Origin: an uncultured Spirochaetota bacterium
GTDB taxonomy: Bacteria > Spirochaetota > Brevinematia > Brevinematales > JAOACQ01
Assembly: GCA_963768055.1 (NCBI GenBank)
Contig: CAVYGN010000002.1
Location: 768,001-832,000, forward strand
Direction of reading: 5' to 3'
Length of the DNA: 64,000 nt
Notes under the pieces: model-generated
What the model was told of the DNA's origin: nothing
What the model saw: the letters and a program-made list of their open reading frames with translations, nothing else
Database searches by the model: none
Made by a program: the position numbers and the translations under genes
Part shown: piece by piece, positions 38,645 through 51,089 of the stretch
Numbering within the stretch: the stretch's first letter is position 1
Layout: each line of letters starts with the position of its first letter

Positions 38645-38671
38645 TTATCGGCAGCGCGCCAGGCATCCTGA
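38645..38671 (-). promoter_or_regulatory. Sigma-28 (FliA)-like promoter
   Basis: TCAG-N15-GCCGATAA on the minus strand, 22 nt before the TTG start. Confidence 0.65.
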
Positions 38672-38673
38672 GG

Positions 38674-38958
38674 TTACCAGAATTTGATATCGAATCCGTT
38701 AAATTCGTTATTATCCGTATCCTCGATCTTATAATCGATGTTTTCTACTCTCGACCCTGTCGGGCCTTTTCTCAGGTAAAGCAGAAAATCGTTTATCTGA
38801 TTTTCATCCCCGACAGCGACAGTTTTAACATCCCCGGCCGGAAGATTGGCAACCCAGCCTGTGACGCCTATCATTTCCGCCTTATCAAGAACATAATATC
38901 GGAAACCGACGCCCTGCACACGCCCGGATATCACTGCCTTGATTTTTTTTAACGGCAT
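38674..38958 (-). CDS. acyP: Acylphosphatase
   Basis: SGRVQGVGFR; GWVAN; GP..SRVE. Confidence 0.93.
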   Translation of the reverse strand: MPLKKIKAVISGRVQGVGFRYYVLDKAEMIGVTGWVANLPAGDVKTVAVGDENQINDFLLYLRKGPTGSRVENIDYKIEDTDNNEFNGFDIKFW

Positions 38959-38977
38959 CTGTCATATCCTTTAGTTA

Positions 38978-39589
38978 TCATCGCGTAATGAGTATGACGC
39001 ATCCTTCGGAAAAGAAATTCGGGAATAACATGCCCGTTTTATGTTTATTACCCCGTATATAAACAATTTTTTTTAATTTTATCCCCCGTTTTTTGCAGAA
39101 TTCCTTGAAATCCGCCAGGGTCAGGAGATGGATATTGGGAGTGTTGTACCAGTCATGCGGCAGGGTTTTGGATTTAGGCATTCTTCCGCCCATAAACAGT
39201 TTGAGCCTTACCTGATAAAATCCAAAATTCGGAAAACTTACAATTCCGTAGTTGCCGATCCTGAGGATTTCATCAATCAGGACGTCCGGAAAAGTGAGTT
39301 CCTGGATTGTCTGGCTAAGGATCACATAGTCATAAGCATGGTCCCTGATATTATCGAATTTTTCATTGAGGTCGTGTTCAATTACAGGTATGCCTTTTTC
39401 TATGCAGCTGATTATCCGTTTATGGTCGATTTCAATGCCCATTCCCTTGACTGATTTATTGTGAATCAGGTAATCGAGAAGAGTCCCTTCACCGCATCCC
39501 AGATCGAGAACGCTTGAACCCTTTAATATCCAATTGGCGATAATTGTCAGGTCGGCCCTGTTTTCGAGAAGCGACAGGAGCTTTTTCAT
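38978..39589 (-). CDS. metW: Methionine biosynthesis protein MetW
   Basis: RADL; VLDLGCGEG; DYVILSQTIQ; IVSFPNFG; GRMP...WYNTPNIH. Confidence 0.93.
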   Translation of the reverse strand: MKKLLSLLENRADLTIIANWILKGSSVLDLGCGEGTLLDYLIHNKSVKGMGIEIDHKRIISCIEKGIPVIEHDLNEKFDNIRDHAYDYVILSQTIQELTFPDVLIDEILRIGNYGIVSFPNFGFYQVRLKLFMGGRMPKSKTLPHDWYNTPNIHLLTLADFKEFCKKRGIKLKKIVYIRGNKHKTGMLFPNFFSEGCVILITR

Positions 39590-39590
39590 G

Positions 39591-40775
39591 CTACTCGCCT
39601 CCTTTTCTTATTCCAGCCTGGGATGCATAATACTTATCATGAGTCGCCCTGAGATAATGGTTGATAATTTCAGCCTGTGTATCTACTTCGATCAGGAACG
39701 CGTCATGACCGTACGAGGTTTCGATATTTATATAGGTGACGTCTTTTTTCTGCTTCATTAACGCGTCGACGATTTCCTTGGATTGATAGGGAGGAAAAAG
39801 CCAGTCTGAAGTAAATGAAAGAATAAGGGTCCTCGACTTGATATCCTTAAAAGCCTTATCAAGTTTGCCACCGCCATATGACTCAGCTGCGTCAAAGTAA
39901 TCCATTGCTTTTGTTACATAAAGATAACTGTTCGCGTCAAAACGTTCGACAAATTTATTGCCCTGGTGGTCGAGATAGCTTTCAACCTGGAATTCGTTGG
40001 AAAAATCATAGCTGAAAACATCTTTGTCCTGTAGCCTTCTGCCGAATTTTTTATGCATTGATTCGTCGCTTAGATAAGTAATATGACCGATCATCCTTGC
40101 GATAGAAACACCCTCCGCAGGCAGCTCGTCTCCGTAGTAATTACCGTTTTTCCATCGGCTGTCGGATATTATGGCTTTCCTTCCTACGGCATTGAATGCT
40201 ATACTTTGAGCTGATGAACGGCTTGTCGCGGCTATAATAATACATGATACAGGAATATCCGGATACCTGAGAATCCATTCCAGGGCCTGCATTCCGCCCA
40301 TTGATCCCCCGATCACGTTAAGGAGCTTTTTTATTCCAAGATGGTCGATAAGGCGTTTCTGCACTTTAACAAGGTCCCCGATAGTGACCACAGGGAAGCT
40401 TATACCATATGGTTTTCCTGTATCCGGATCTATGCTGGAAGGGCCTGTGGTGCCCATGCATCCGCCTAAAATATTTGAGCATATTACGAAATACTTATCG
40501 GTATCCAGGGCTTTGCCCGGTCCTATAAAATTTTCCCACCAGCCTGGATTATGGCCCTGGGATTTATGAAATCCTGCGGCATGGGCGCTGCCGGAAAGAG
40601 CATGACAGACCAGAACCGCATTGGACTTATCCTCATTCAAAAACCCGTAAGTTTCATATGCTACCGTTATCGGGCCGAATCTCCGCCCCGAATCGAGTTC
40701 GATAAAATTATCTCCTGTATCGGAAAGATCAAAATATCCGGTTTCAACGATGCCGACGCTTTTTTTATCCTCTAT
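39591..40775 (-). CDS. metX: Homoserine O-acyltransferase MetX; proposed non-canonical ATA start at 40775
   Basis: SVGIVET...LDSG..FGPITVAYETYG lies upstream of the track's TTG (40640); CHALSG; GGSMGGM; ARMIGHITYLS; DWLFP; GHDAFL. Confidence 0.92.
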   Translation of the reverse strand: MEDKKSVGIVETGYFDLSDTGDNFIELDSGRRFGPITVAYETYGFLNEDKSNAVLVCHALSGSAHAAGFHKSQGHNPGWWENFIGPGKALDTDKYFVICSNILGGCMGTTGPSSIDPDTGKPYGISFPVVTIGDLVKVQKRLIDHLGIKKLLNVIGGSMGGMQALEWILRYPDIPVSCIIIAATSRSSAQSIAFNAVGRKAIISDSRWKNGNYYGDELPAEGVSIARMIGHITYLSDESMHKKFGRRLQDKDVFSYDFSNEFQVESYLDHQGNKFVERFDANSYLYVTKAMDYFDAAESYGGGKLDKAFKDIKSRTLILSFTSDWLFPPYQSKEIVDALMKQKKDVTYINIETSYGHDAFLIEVDTQAEIINHYLRATHDKYYASQAGIRKGGE

Positions 40776-40793
40776 CTCCAGCCTCCGGAAAAG

Positions 40794-42584
40794 TTATTTA
40801 TTCGCTTTATATTCGACAGTCTTAATGCTTAATTCCGCCAGCTGCTTATCAGTTACTTTCGAGGGAGTATCCGACATCATATCCTGCCCCTTCTGGGTCT
40901 TGGGGAAGGCTATCACATCACGGATATTCGAGAGTCCCTGAAATTCCATTACCAGGCGGTCAAGGCCGAAAGCGAGTCCTCCATGAGGAGGAGCTCCGTA
41001 ACTCAATGCTTCCAGAAGAAAGCCGAATTTTATTTTAGCGTCTTCTTCTGAAATATTAAGTATATTGAAAATTTTTTTCTGGACTTCCGGGTTGTGGATC
41101 CTGATGCTTCCTCCGCCAAGTTCGATGCCGTTCAAAACCAGGTCATAGGCATCGGAACGGACCTTTCCCGGTTCCTTTTCCAGAAGTTCGAGGTCGTCGA
41201 CCTTCGGTGCAGTAAAAGGGTGGTGAACCGAATCCCAGCGGTTTTCATCAGTATTCCAGTCGAACATTGGAAAATCCACAATCCATACGAATTCCATTTT
41301 ATTTTTATCCCGCAGTGAAAATCTGTCACCGATATTAAGGCGCAGGTTGGCAATGGAATCGTAAACTACTTTTTTATTGACATCGGCTATGAAAAGCAGT
41401 GCGAAATCCTCCTTTGCGCCTGTAATTTTAATAAGGGCGTCCTGGATTTCCTGTGAAAAATATTTAACGATGTTGGATTCAAGCTTTCCGCCTTTGACCC
41501 TCATCCAGGCCATCCCCTTTGAGCCGTATTTGCCGACAAAAGAGATGAGGTCGTCCATATCCTTTCTCGAAAGCCGGCTTCCTTCGGGGACAGGGAGGCA
41601 TTTAACCATTCCTCCCGCCTGGGCCTGGGTCTTGAAAACTGAAAATTCGCAGTTTTTTACCGTTTCCGTTACATCCACGATCTCCAGGCCGAAACGGAGA
41701 TCGGGCCTGTCTATACCATATTTATCGATCGCCTCTTTGTAAGTGATCCTCCTGATAGGAGTTTTAATTTTGATCCTGTAATTTTCAAGCAGTATCCTTG
41801 CTATCATATTTTCCATCAGTGTAATTATATCGTCTTCGGTGATAAACGACATTTCGATATCGATCTGGGTGAATTCAAGCTGCCGGTCCGCCCGGAGGTC
41901 TTCGTCCCTGAAACACTTTGCGATCTGGTAATACCTGTCTATGCCGCCGATCATTAATATCTGCTTGTAGATCTGCGGCGATTGGGGCAGGGCGTAAAAA
42001 TTGCCGGGGGCGAGCCTTGAAGGGACTAGGAAATCCCTTGCTCCTTCCGGAGTAGACTTGTTCAATATAGGCGTTTCAACTTCCAGGAAACCGTTTTCAT
42101 CCATATAGTTCCTGACCGTATTGACAATTTTATGCCTCATAAAAAGATTATTGTACATCTGCTCTCTCCGGATGTCGAGATACCTGTATTTAAGCCTGAC
42201 CTCCTCGCTGATTTCATCCTGGTCGATCTGAAAGGGAGGGGTTTTCGACTTGTTGAGAATATCGATCCTGTCGACCTTAACCTCGTATCTTCCCGTCGGG
42301 ATCTTCGGATTTATATTTTCTTCCGTCCTTAACAGGACTATGCCGCTTGCCGATAATACGTCCTCGCTCCTGGTTTTTTTCGCGATTTCATGAGCGTCGG
42401 GATTGGTCTGCGGGTCGAATACAAGCTGGATGATCCCGCTCCTGTCCCGTACGTCCAGGAAAGTGAGTCCTCCATGATCCCTGTAATTCTGCACCCAGCC
42501 GTTTATTACAACCCTTTTGCCTACAAGCTTGTCCGAGTTTACCTGACCGCAGTACAGCGTCCGCTGCTGTTCCCTGGTAATCAT
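40794..42584 (-). CDS. aspS: Aspartate--tRNA ligase (probably non-discriminating Asp/Asn type)
   Basis: RDHGG; TPEGARDF; LPQSPQ; CFRDEDLRADRQ; HHPFT; GAPPHGGLAFGLDR. Confidence 0.97.
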   Translation of the reverse strand: MITREQQRTLYCGQVNSDKLVGKRVVINGWVQNYRDHGGLTFLDVRDRSGIIQLVFDPQTNPDAHEIAKKTRSEDVLSASGIVLLRTEENINPKIPTGRYEVKVDRIDILNKSKTPPFQIDQDEISEEVRLKYRYLDIRREQMYNNLFMRHKIVNTVRNYMDENGFLEVETPILNKSTPEGARDFLVPSRLAPGNFYALPQSPQIYKQILMIGGIDRYYQIAKCFRDEDLRADRQLEFTQIDIEMSFITEDDIITLMENMIARILLENYRIKIKTPIRRITYKEAIDKYGIDRPDLRFGLEIVDVTETVKNCEFSVFKTQAQAGGMVKCLPVPEGSRLSRKDMDDLISFVGKYGSKGMAWMRVKGGKLESNIVKYFSQEIQDALIKITGAKEDFALLFIADVNKKVVYDSIANLRLNIGDRFSLRDKNKMEFVWIVDFPMFDWNTDENRWDSVHHPFTAPKVDDLELLEKEPGKVRSDAYDLVLNGIELGGGSIRIHNPEVQKKIFNILNISEEDAKIKFGFLLEALSYGAPPHGGLAFGLDRLVMEFQGLSNIRDVIAFPKTQKGQDMMSDTPSKVTDKQLAELSIKTVEYKANK

Positions 42585-42617
42585 AATTCCTCCGATGCCA
42601 ATTGAATAAACCTACAT

Positions 42618-42646
42618 ATTTTAAAGTGAATTGAAAAATATTACAA
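42618..42646 (-). promoter_or_regulatory. Sigma-70-like promoter of aspS
   Basis: TTGTAA-N17-TAAAAT on the minus strand. Confidence 0.55.
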
Positions 42647-42674
42647 GGCGATAGGCCGAGAGAGGAATTGCTGT

Positions 42675-42997
42675 TTAATCCGAAATTCTATAAACCAATA
42701 TATGAATGCTTTCATTTGTATAAATACCATCTTTGCCCCGCCGGGTCATAAAAATCACATAATCATCTTTTGACAATTTTATAGTAACTGATTGGCCCTT
42801 AACCTTTTTTCCGCATTTTTAGACAGGTTTTGAAATTCGTTGTCGCCAAGCTGGTAATCATAATTTATCGACTCGTAATTTGACGGGCCAAATATTATGT
42901 CCCTGATCGTATAGATTGTCCGGATATGAATTTGTCAAGGTATCCGTCTCGCCCTGCCGATGCCTCTGCTTATGCCGGTTATTAATACCGTTTTCAT
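42675..42997 (-). pseudogene. SDR oxidoreductase N-terminal remnant followed by degraded coding fragments
   Basis: MKTVLITGISRGIGRA (TGxxxGxG) at 42997-42950, then a stop and short frame-shifted protein-like fragments ending at TAA near 42675. Confidence 0.6.
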
Positions 42998-43813
42998 GGA
43001 TATGCCCACTTCATGTATTGCTGCCCCGACCGCCGTGGCATAGTCGGCATTTTCCGGTATGTGGAAATTCACATTATAGATTTTAGAGATCCCGTCGAAA
43101 ATTATCCTCGCCTGTGGTATAAGCGCAAGCCTTCCCGTCAATACGATATCCCTGTTATCGGTTTGTTTGGAAGCGAACATCGCTATTACCCCGATCGACT
43201 GGAAAACGAGATTGAAAATTCCAAGGGCGAAATCGCTTTTAACGGCCTTGTCGCTAGTCTTGCCGAAATTGGAAGCCGTAGCGTTTGACGGCAGATCCCC
43301 TATCTTCAAATTTGAAATGTCGCTTATAGCCAGGTCGATATTCCCGAGATCGCCATCCCGGGCCATTTCTATGATATTGTTAATATCGGTGCTGCCCAGG
43401 ATGCACTTCGAAAGTCCCAGGAGTGTCCCTCCTCCCACTCCCGTGCCGCCCAGGTGGGTCGTTTTTCCTCCATCGGCCTTTACTATTGCAGTTCCTGTTC
43501 CGAGGCTCACTACGACAGCTTTTTTCATATGTGACAGATAAAGCCCTCCCAGCCCTATCGCCTGGAACTCGTCAACCCTTGATACAGGTATTCCTATAAT
43601 AGTCGATTTGATAAATGAAGCTCCCGCCCCTGTAATTACTATTTTTTTAATATCATTTACCGGAATGTGGTCGGAATCTATAAGCTTCCCGAGGGCCCCG
43701 GAGGCCGACGTTAAAGGATCGCTGGCGCTGACTGTAAAAAAACTCATGATTTTATCGTTTATCAGGCTGACAATCTTTGTGGTTGTTCCCCCGATATCTA
43801 TTCCAATGATCAT
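42935..43813 (-). CDS. coaW: Type II pantothenate kinase (Fumble family)
   Basis: IGIDIGGTTTK; ITGAG; VDEFQAIGLG; SLGTGT; GGTGVGGGTLLGL; TASNFGK; probable ATG 43813 after GGGAGG. Confidence 0.88.
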   Translation of the reverse strand: MIIGIDIGGTTTKIVSLINDKIMSFFTVSASDPLTSASGALGKLIDSDHIPVNDIKKIVITGAGASFIKSTIIGIPVSRVDEFQAIGLGGLYLSHMKKAVVVSLGTGTAIVKADGGKTTHLGGTGVGGGTLLGLSKCILGSTDINNIIEMARDGDLGNIDLAISDISNLKIGDLPSNATASNFGKTSDKAVKSDFALGIFNLVFQSIGVIAMFASKQTDNRDIVLTGRLALIPQARIIFDGISKIYNVNFHIPENADYATAVGAAIHEVGISMKTVLITGISRGIGRARRIP

Positions 43814-43916
43814 GCCGCCTCCCATTAGTGTGGCCTTGCGGAATATTTACATTAGGGCACGCGAATAAATGTAAATGATAATTATAATTATAAGATGATT
43901 TAACTTATATTCCAAA

Positions 43917-44498
43917 TCATTTGCGGTTGAGCACCGCATAAGCCCAAAAAAGGCCGGTTACCTCGATATTAAGATCGTATTTCATTATTATTTTTTTAAA
44001 GGCTTTATAATGCGAACCCGTCGTGATTATATCGTCGATAATATATAAATTTCTTATTTTTTTGTTTTTAAATCCTTCCCATTGGTAATTATCGATTATT
44101 TCATCTATAATACGGGGCCCTCCCATATGGCTGGCGCGCCGGCTTTTTATCAACGAGACCGGTTGTTCTATGACGATATTATTTCTTAATTCTTTTAATC
44201 TTAAAAGGGTTTTTTCGAGCCTGTCGTCGTAAAGCCCGTCGATTTTGCATTTTGACGGCGGTACAAAAGAAAGGTAATATGCTTCCTTGCCGGCAAAAAA
44301 CAATGAAAGTTCTTCGGCGAATATGTTTATTGAAGATATTTTATGCTTTTCCAGGTCCGGTCTTGTTTTCACGTTATGCTTGAAATTTTTTATAAGCTGA
44401 TTGGTTTCACAGAACAAAAACCCCCTTCTTGGATAGTATTCTCTTCTATAAAAACATTCGTCATTAGAAGGGTCTATATAGCGCGGGAAATTTCTCAT
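43917..44498 (-). CDS. Stand-alone phosphoribosyltransferase-fold protein (ComF-like)
   Basis: NQLIKNFK; FVPPSK; YDDRL; SH; PRPP-binding loop YIIDDIITTGSH. Confidence 0.8.
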   Translation of the reverse strand: MRNFPRYIDPSNDECFYRREYYPRRGFLFCETNQLIKNFKHNVKTRPDLEKHKISSINIFAEELSLFFAGKEAYYLSFVPPSKCKIDGLYDDRLEKTLLRLKELRNNIVIEQPVSLIKSRRASHMGGPRIIDEIIDNYQWEGFKNKKIRNLYIIDDIITTGSHYKAFKKIIMKYDLNIEVTGLFWAYAVLNRK

Positions 44499-44727
44499 GC
44501 CGGGTGTAATTCTTATCCAGTCCTTCAGAAATGTCTCCTTTCGAATAGTTTATTATCATTATATTATTGTTATAATGGCAATATTCTAATTCTGTCTGGA
44601 TTTTTATTCAAATTCCGGTAAAATTGATTAACTTTTCATCCGATAACATGTTACAGAATTAAATTAACATAAAATTAATCCCCGATTCACCAAAAACTAA
44701 TATAATTGAAAAAAAGATCATAAAATT

Positions 44728-44756
44728 TTGCAAAAAAGGCAAAGGAGTGATATACT
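44728..44756 (+). promoter_or_regulatory. rRNA operon promoter
   Basis: TTGCAA-N17-TATACT with extended TG and an A/T-rich UP-like region. Confidence 0.75.
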
Positions 44757-44941
44757 ACTGACCGCCTCCGAGAAGGAAGCGAAAGGTAATAGAACTATGG
44801 TGAGAGTCCAGTGCGAGTCCTACTCGGTCACCGAGGGTTAAAGCTCGGTGATGGAGGAAGACAAACAATTTCTTAAGAACCCCGCGCCGGCTTGCCGGAG
44901 CGGGGAGATGAAACAGATCAAACAAGAAATGATAATAAAAT

Positions 44942-46473
<1,532 letters not shown>

Positions 46474-46723
46474 TTTAGGGAGAAAAAAAGTCACTGGACT
46501 CTCATCATTTATATAAAAATAAAGGATGAATATAAAAAAGGTATCTTGATTTGTTTAACGCAGATCGAGAACAATTCGCCTGTCAACGTATATAAATCGT
46601 TGAGGTTCATCTGAGCTCATTGGGGTAATGAGCTCACGCCGAACTTTTGCGAGGCGTAGAGCGAATTACACCGAAGTTAATGAGCCAAGCCGAGCAAAGT
46701 GAGGCATAAGGCGAATTAACCGA

Positions 46724-46797
46724 GGGTGTATAGCTCAGTTGGTTAGAGCGCAGCCCTGATAAGGCTGAGGTCGGTGGTTCGAAACCACCTACACCCA
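46724..46797 (+). tRNA. tRNA-Ile (GAT)
   Basis: GGGTGTA...TACACCC-A; anticodon arm CAGCC-CTGATAA-GGCTG; GTTCGAA; CCA not encoded. Confidence 0.97.
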
Positions 46798-46848
46798 ACC
46801 CCTCACAAGGTGAGGAGCGTACTTGATCGCATATGCGCTCAAGCACGG

Positions 46849-46921
46849 GGGGGTGTAGCTCAGCTGGGAGAGCGCCTGCCTTGCAAGCAGGATGTCAGGG
46901 GTTCGATTCCCCTCATCTCCA
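46849..46921 (+). tRNA. tRNA-Ala (TGC)
   Basis: GGGGGTG...CATCTCC-A; CCTGC-CTTGCAA-GCAGG; GTTCGAT; CCA not encoded. Confidence 0.97.
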
Positions 46922-46993
46922 GGCAAGAAACAAAGAAAAGAAAAGAATAGGAAAGAAAAAGAAAGAAAAGCGGTTATAGGAATAAGGTAAGAA

Positions 46994-49886
<2,893 letters not shown>

Positions 49887-49917
49887 TTCTTTCCTTTATT
49901 CTTATATCGTTTTATTT

Positions 49918-50023
49918 GCTCTCGACCATAGCGCAGGTGTTACACCCGGTCCCATTCCGAACCCGGAAGTTAAGCCCTGCGTCGCCGATGATACTCGTTT
50001 CGGGGAAAGTAGGTGTCGAGAGC
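49918..50023 (+). rRNA. rrf: 5S rRNA (short, about 106 nt)
   Basis: Helix I GCTCTCGAC/GTCGAGAGC; CCCATTCCGAAC; GAAGTTAAG; GCCGATGATACT; GAAAGTAGG. Confidence 0.95.
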
Positions 50024-50058
50024 TTTTTTTATTTATAAGGGTTATGCAAGGGTTTGTT

Positions 50059-50736
50059 ATGAGTTTTAAGGGGTTTACAAAGGAAACGATAAAATTCCTT
50101 TTTGAAATCGGATATAATAATAACAGGGAATGGTATGAAAGCCATAAATCCGACTATAGAAATTTCGTATTGAAACCCTTTCAGGAACTTGTTACAGATC
50201 TTGGAACCATGATGCTGGCTATTGATACGGAATTTGAGGTAACTCCCGCTGTAGATAAAACTATCTCCAGAATTTACAGGGATGTACGTTTCTCAAAAGA
50301 TAAGACTCCATATAGAAATAATGTCTGGATCTCCTTTAAAAAATCAGTGGAAAAATGGAAGGAAACGCCGGTATTTTTTTTTGAGATATATCCGGAATAT
50401 TATCATTACGGCATGGGATTTTTTTATTATCCTTCCGTATTAAAAGAAAAATTACGTAAAAAAATCCTTGCAGATAATGCGGGTTTTAAAAAAGCTGTTT
50501 CGTTCTACAGGGAAGGCGATCCTTATATTATTTCCGGGGAAACATTCAAAAGGGTAAAAGACAAAGATGTGCCGGAATTTCTAAGGCGGTGGTATGAACG
50601 GAAGGGTTTTTACCTTTATAACCGTAAAGAGCTGGATGATCTGATCTTCGGGCCGGCCCTTGTGGATTTTCTTTACAAAAACTTCCTTAAAGTAAAACCG
50701 TTATATGATTATCTATGGGATGTTATCAAAGGTTAA
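50059..50736 (+). CDS. DUF2461 (TIGR02453) family protein
   Basis: FKGFTKETIKFL...NNNREWY...SRIYRDVRFSKDKTPY; start 50059 or 50044. Confidence 0.88.
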   Translation: MSFKGFTKETIKFLFEIGYNNNREWYESHKSDYRNFVLKPFQELVTDLGTMMLAIDTEFEVTPAVDKTISRIYRDVRFSKDKTPYRNNVWISFKKSVEKWKETPVFFFEIYPEYYHYGMGFFYYPSVLKEKLRKKILADNAGFKKAVSFYREGDPYIISGETFKRVKDKDVPEFLRRWYERKGFYLYNRKELDDLIFGPALVDFLYKNFLKVKPLYDYLWDVIKG

Positions 50737-50740
50737 GAGT

Positions 50741-50829
50741 TGTCATTTCGAGGAGCACAGCCCCTAAAGGGGCTGTATGACGAGAAATCTTCCCACAGTG
50801 GAGAATTTTTTCTTTCGGTCGAAATGACA
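50741..50829. repeat. Palindromic REP/MITE-like element
   Basis: 11-bp terminal inverted repeats TGTCATTTCGA/TCGAAATGACA with two internal hairpins. Confidence 0.65.
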
Positions 50830-50893
50830 GTTCTGCTTCGAAAAACAGTGATTTGGAAGAACCAGGCTCAATCCCTGCAATTAGAAAATTAAC

Positions 50894-50922
50894 TTGATTT
50901 TTAAAGTGTTCATAATTAAAAT
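50894..50922 (+). promoter_or_regulatory. Sigma-70-like promoter of tRNA-Gly
   Basis: TTGATT-N17-TAAAAT, 12 nt before the tRNA. Confidence 0.6.
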
Positions 50923-50934
50923 AAGAAAGATCGA

Positions 50935-51006
50935 GCGGGTGTAACTCAGTGGTAGAGTGTTAGCTTCCCAAGCTGAAAGTCGCGGGTTCAAATCCCGTCG
51001 CCCGCT
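50935..51006 (+). tRNA. tRNA-Gly (CCC)
   Basis: GCGGGTG...CGCCCGC-T; TTAGC-TTCCCAA-GCTGA; GTTCAAA; CCA not encoded. Confidence 0.96.
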
Positions 51007-51022
51007 ATGTTTTTTTCCCTTG

Positions 51023-51051
51023 TTGCAAAAATATCCTCATCGCTTTACAAT
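51023..51051 (+). promoter_or_regulatory. Sigma-70-like promoter of mraY
   Basis: TTGCAA-N17-TACAAT. Confidence 0.6.
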
Positions 51052-51089
51052 GAAAGTATCCTTCATCTGTTAACATTAAGGATTGGTTT

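Noticed and set aside
44499..44727. AT-rich region where gene orientation flips, considered as oriC
   Set aside because: Only 7/9 DnaA-box matches; explained by divergent promoters. GC skew could not be computed.
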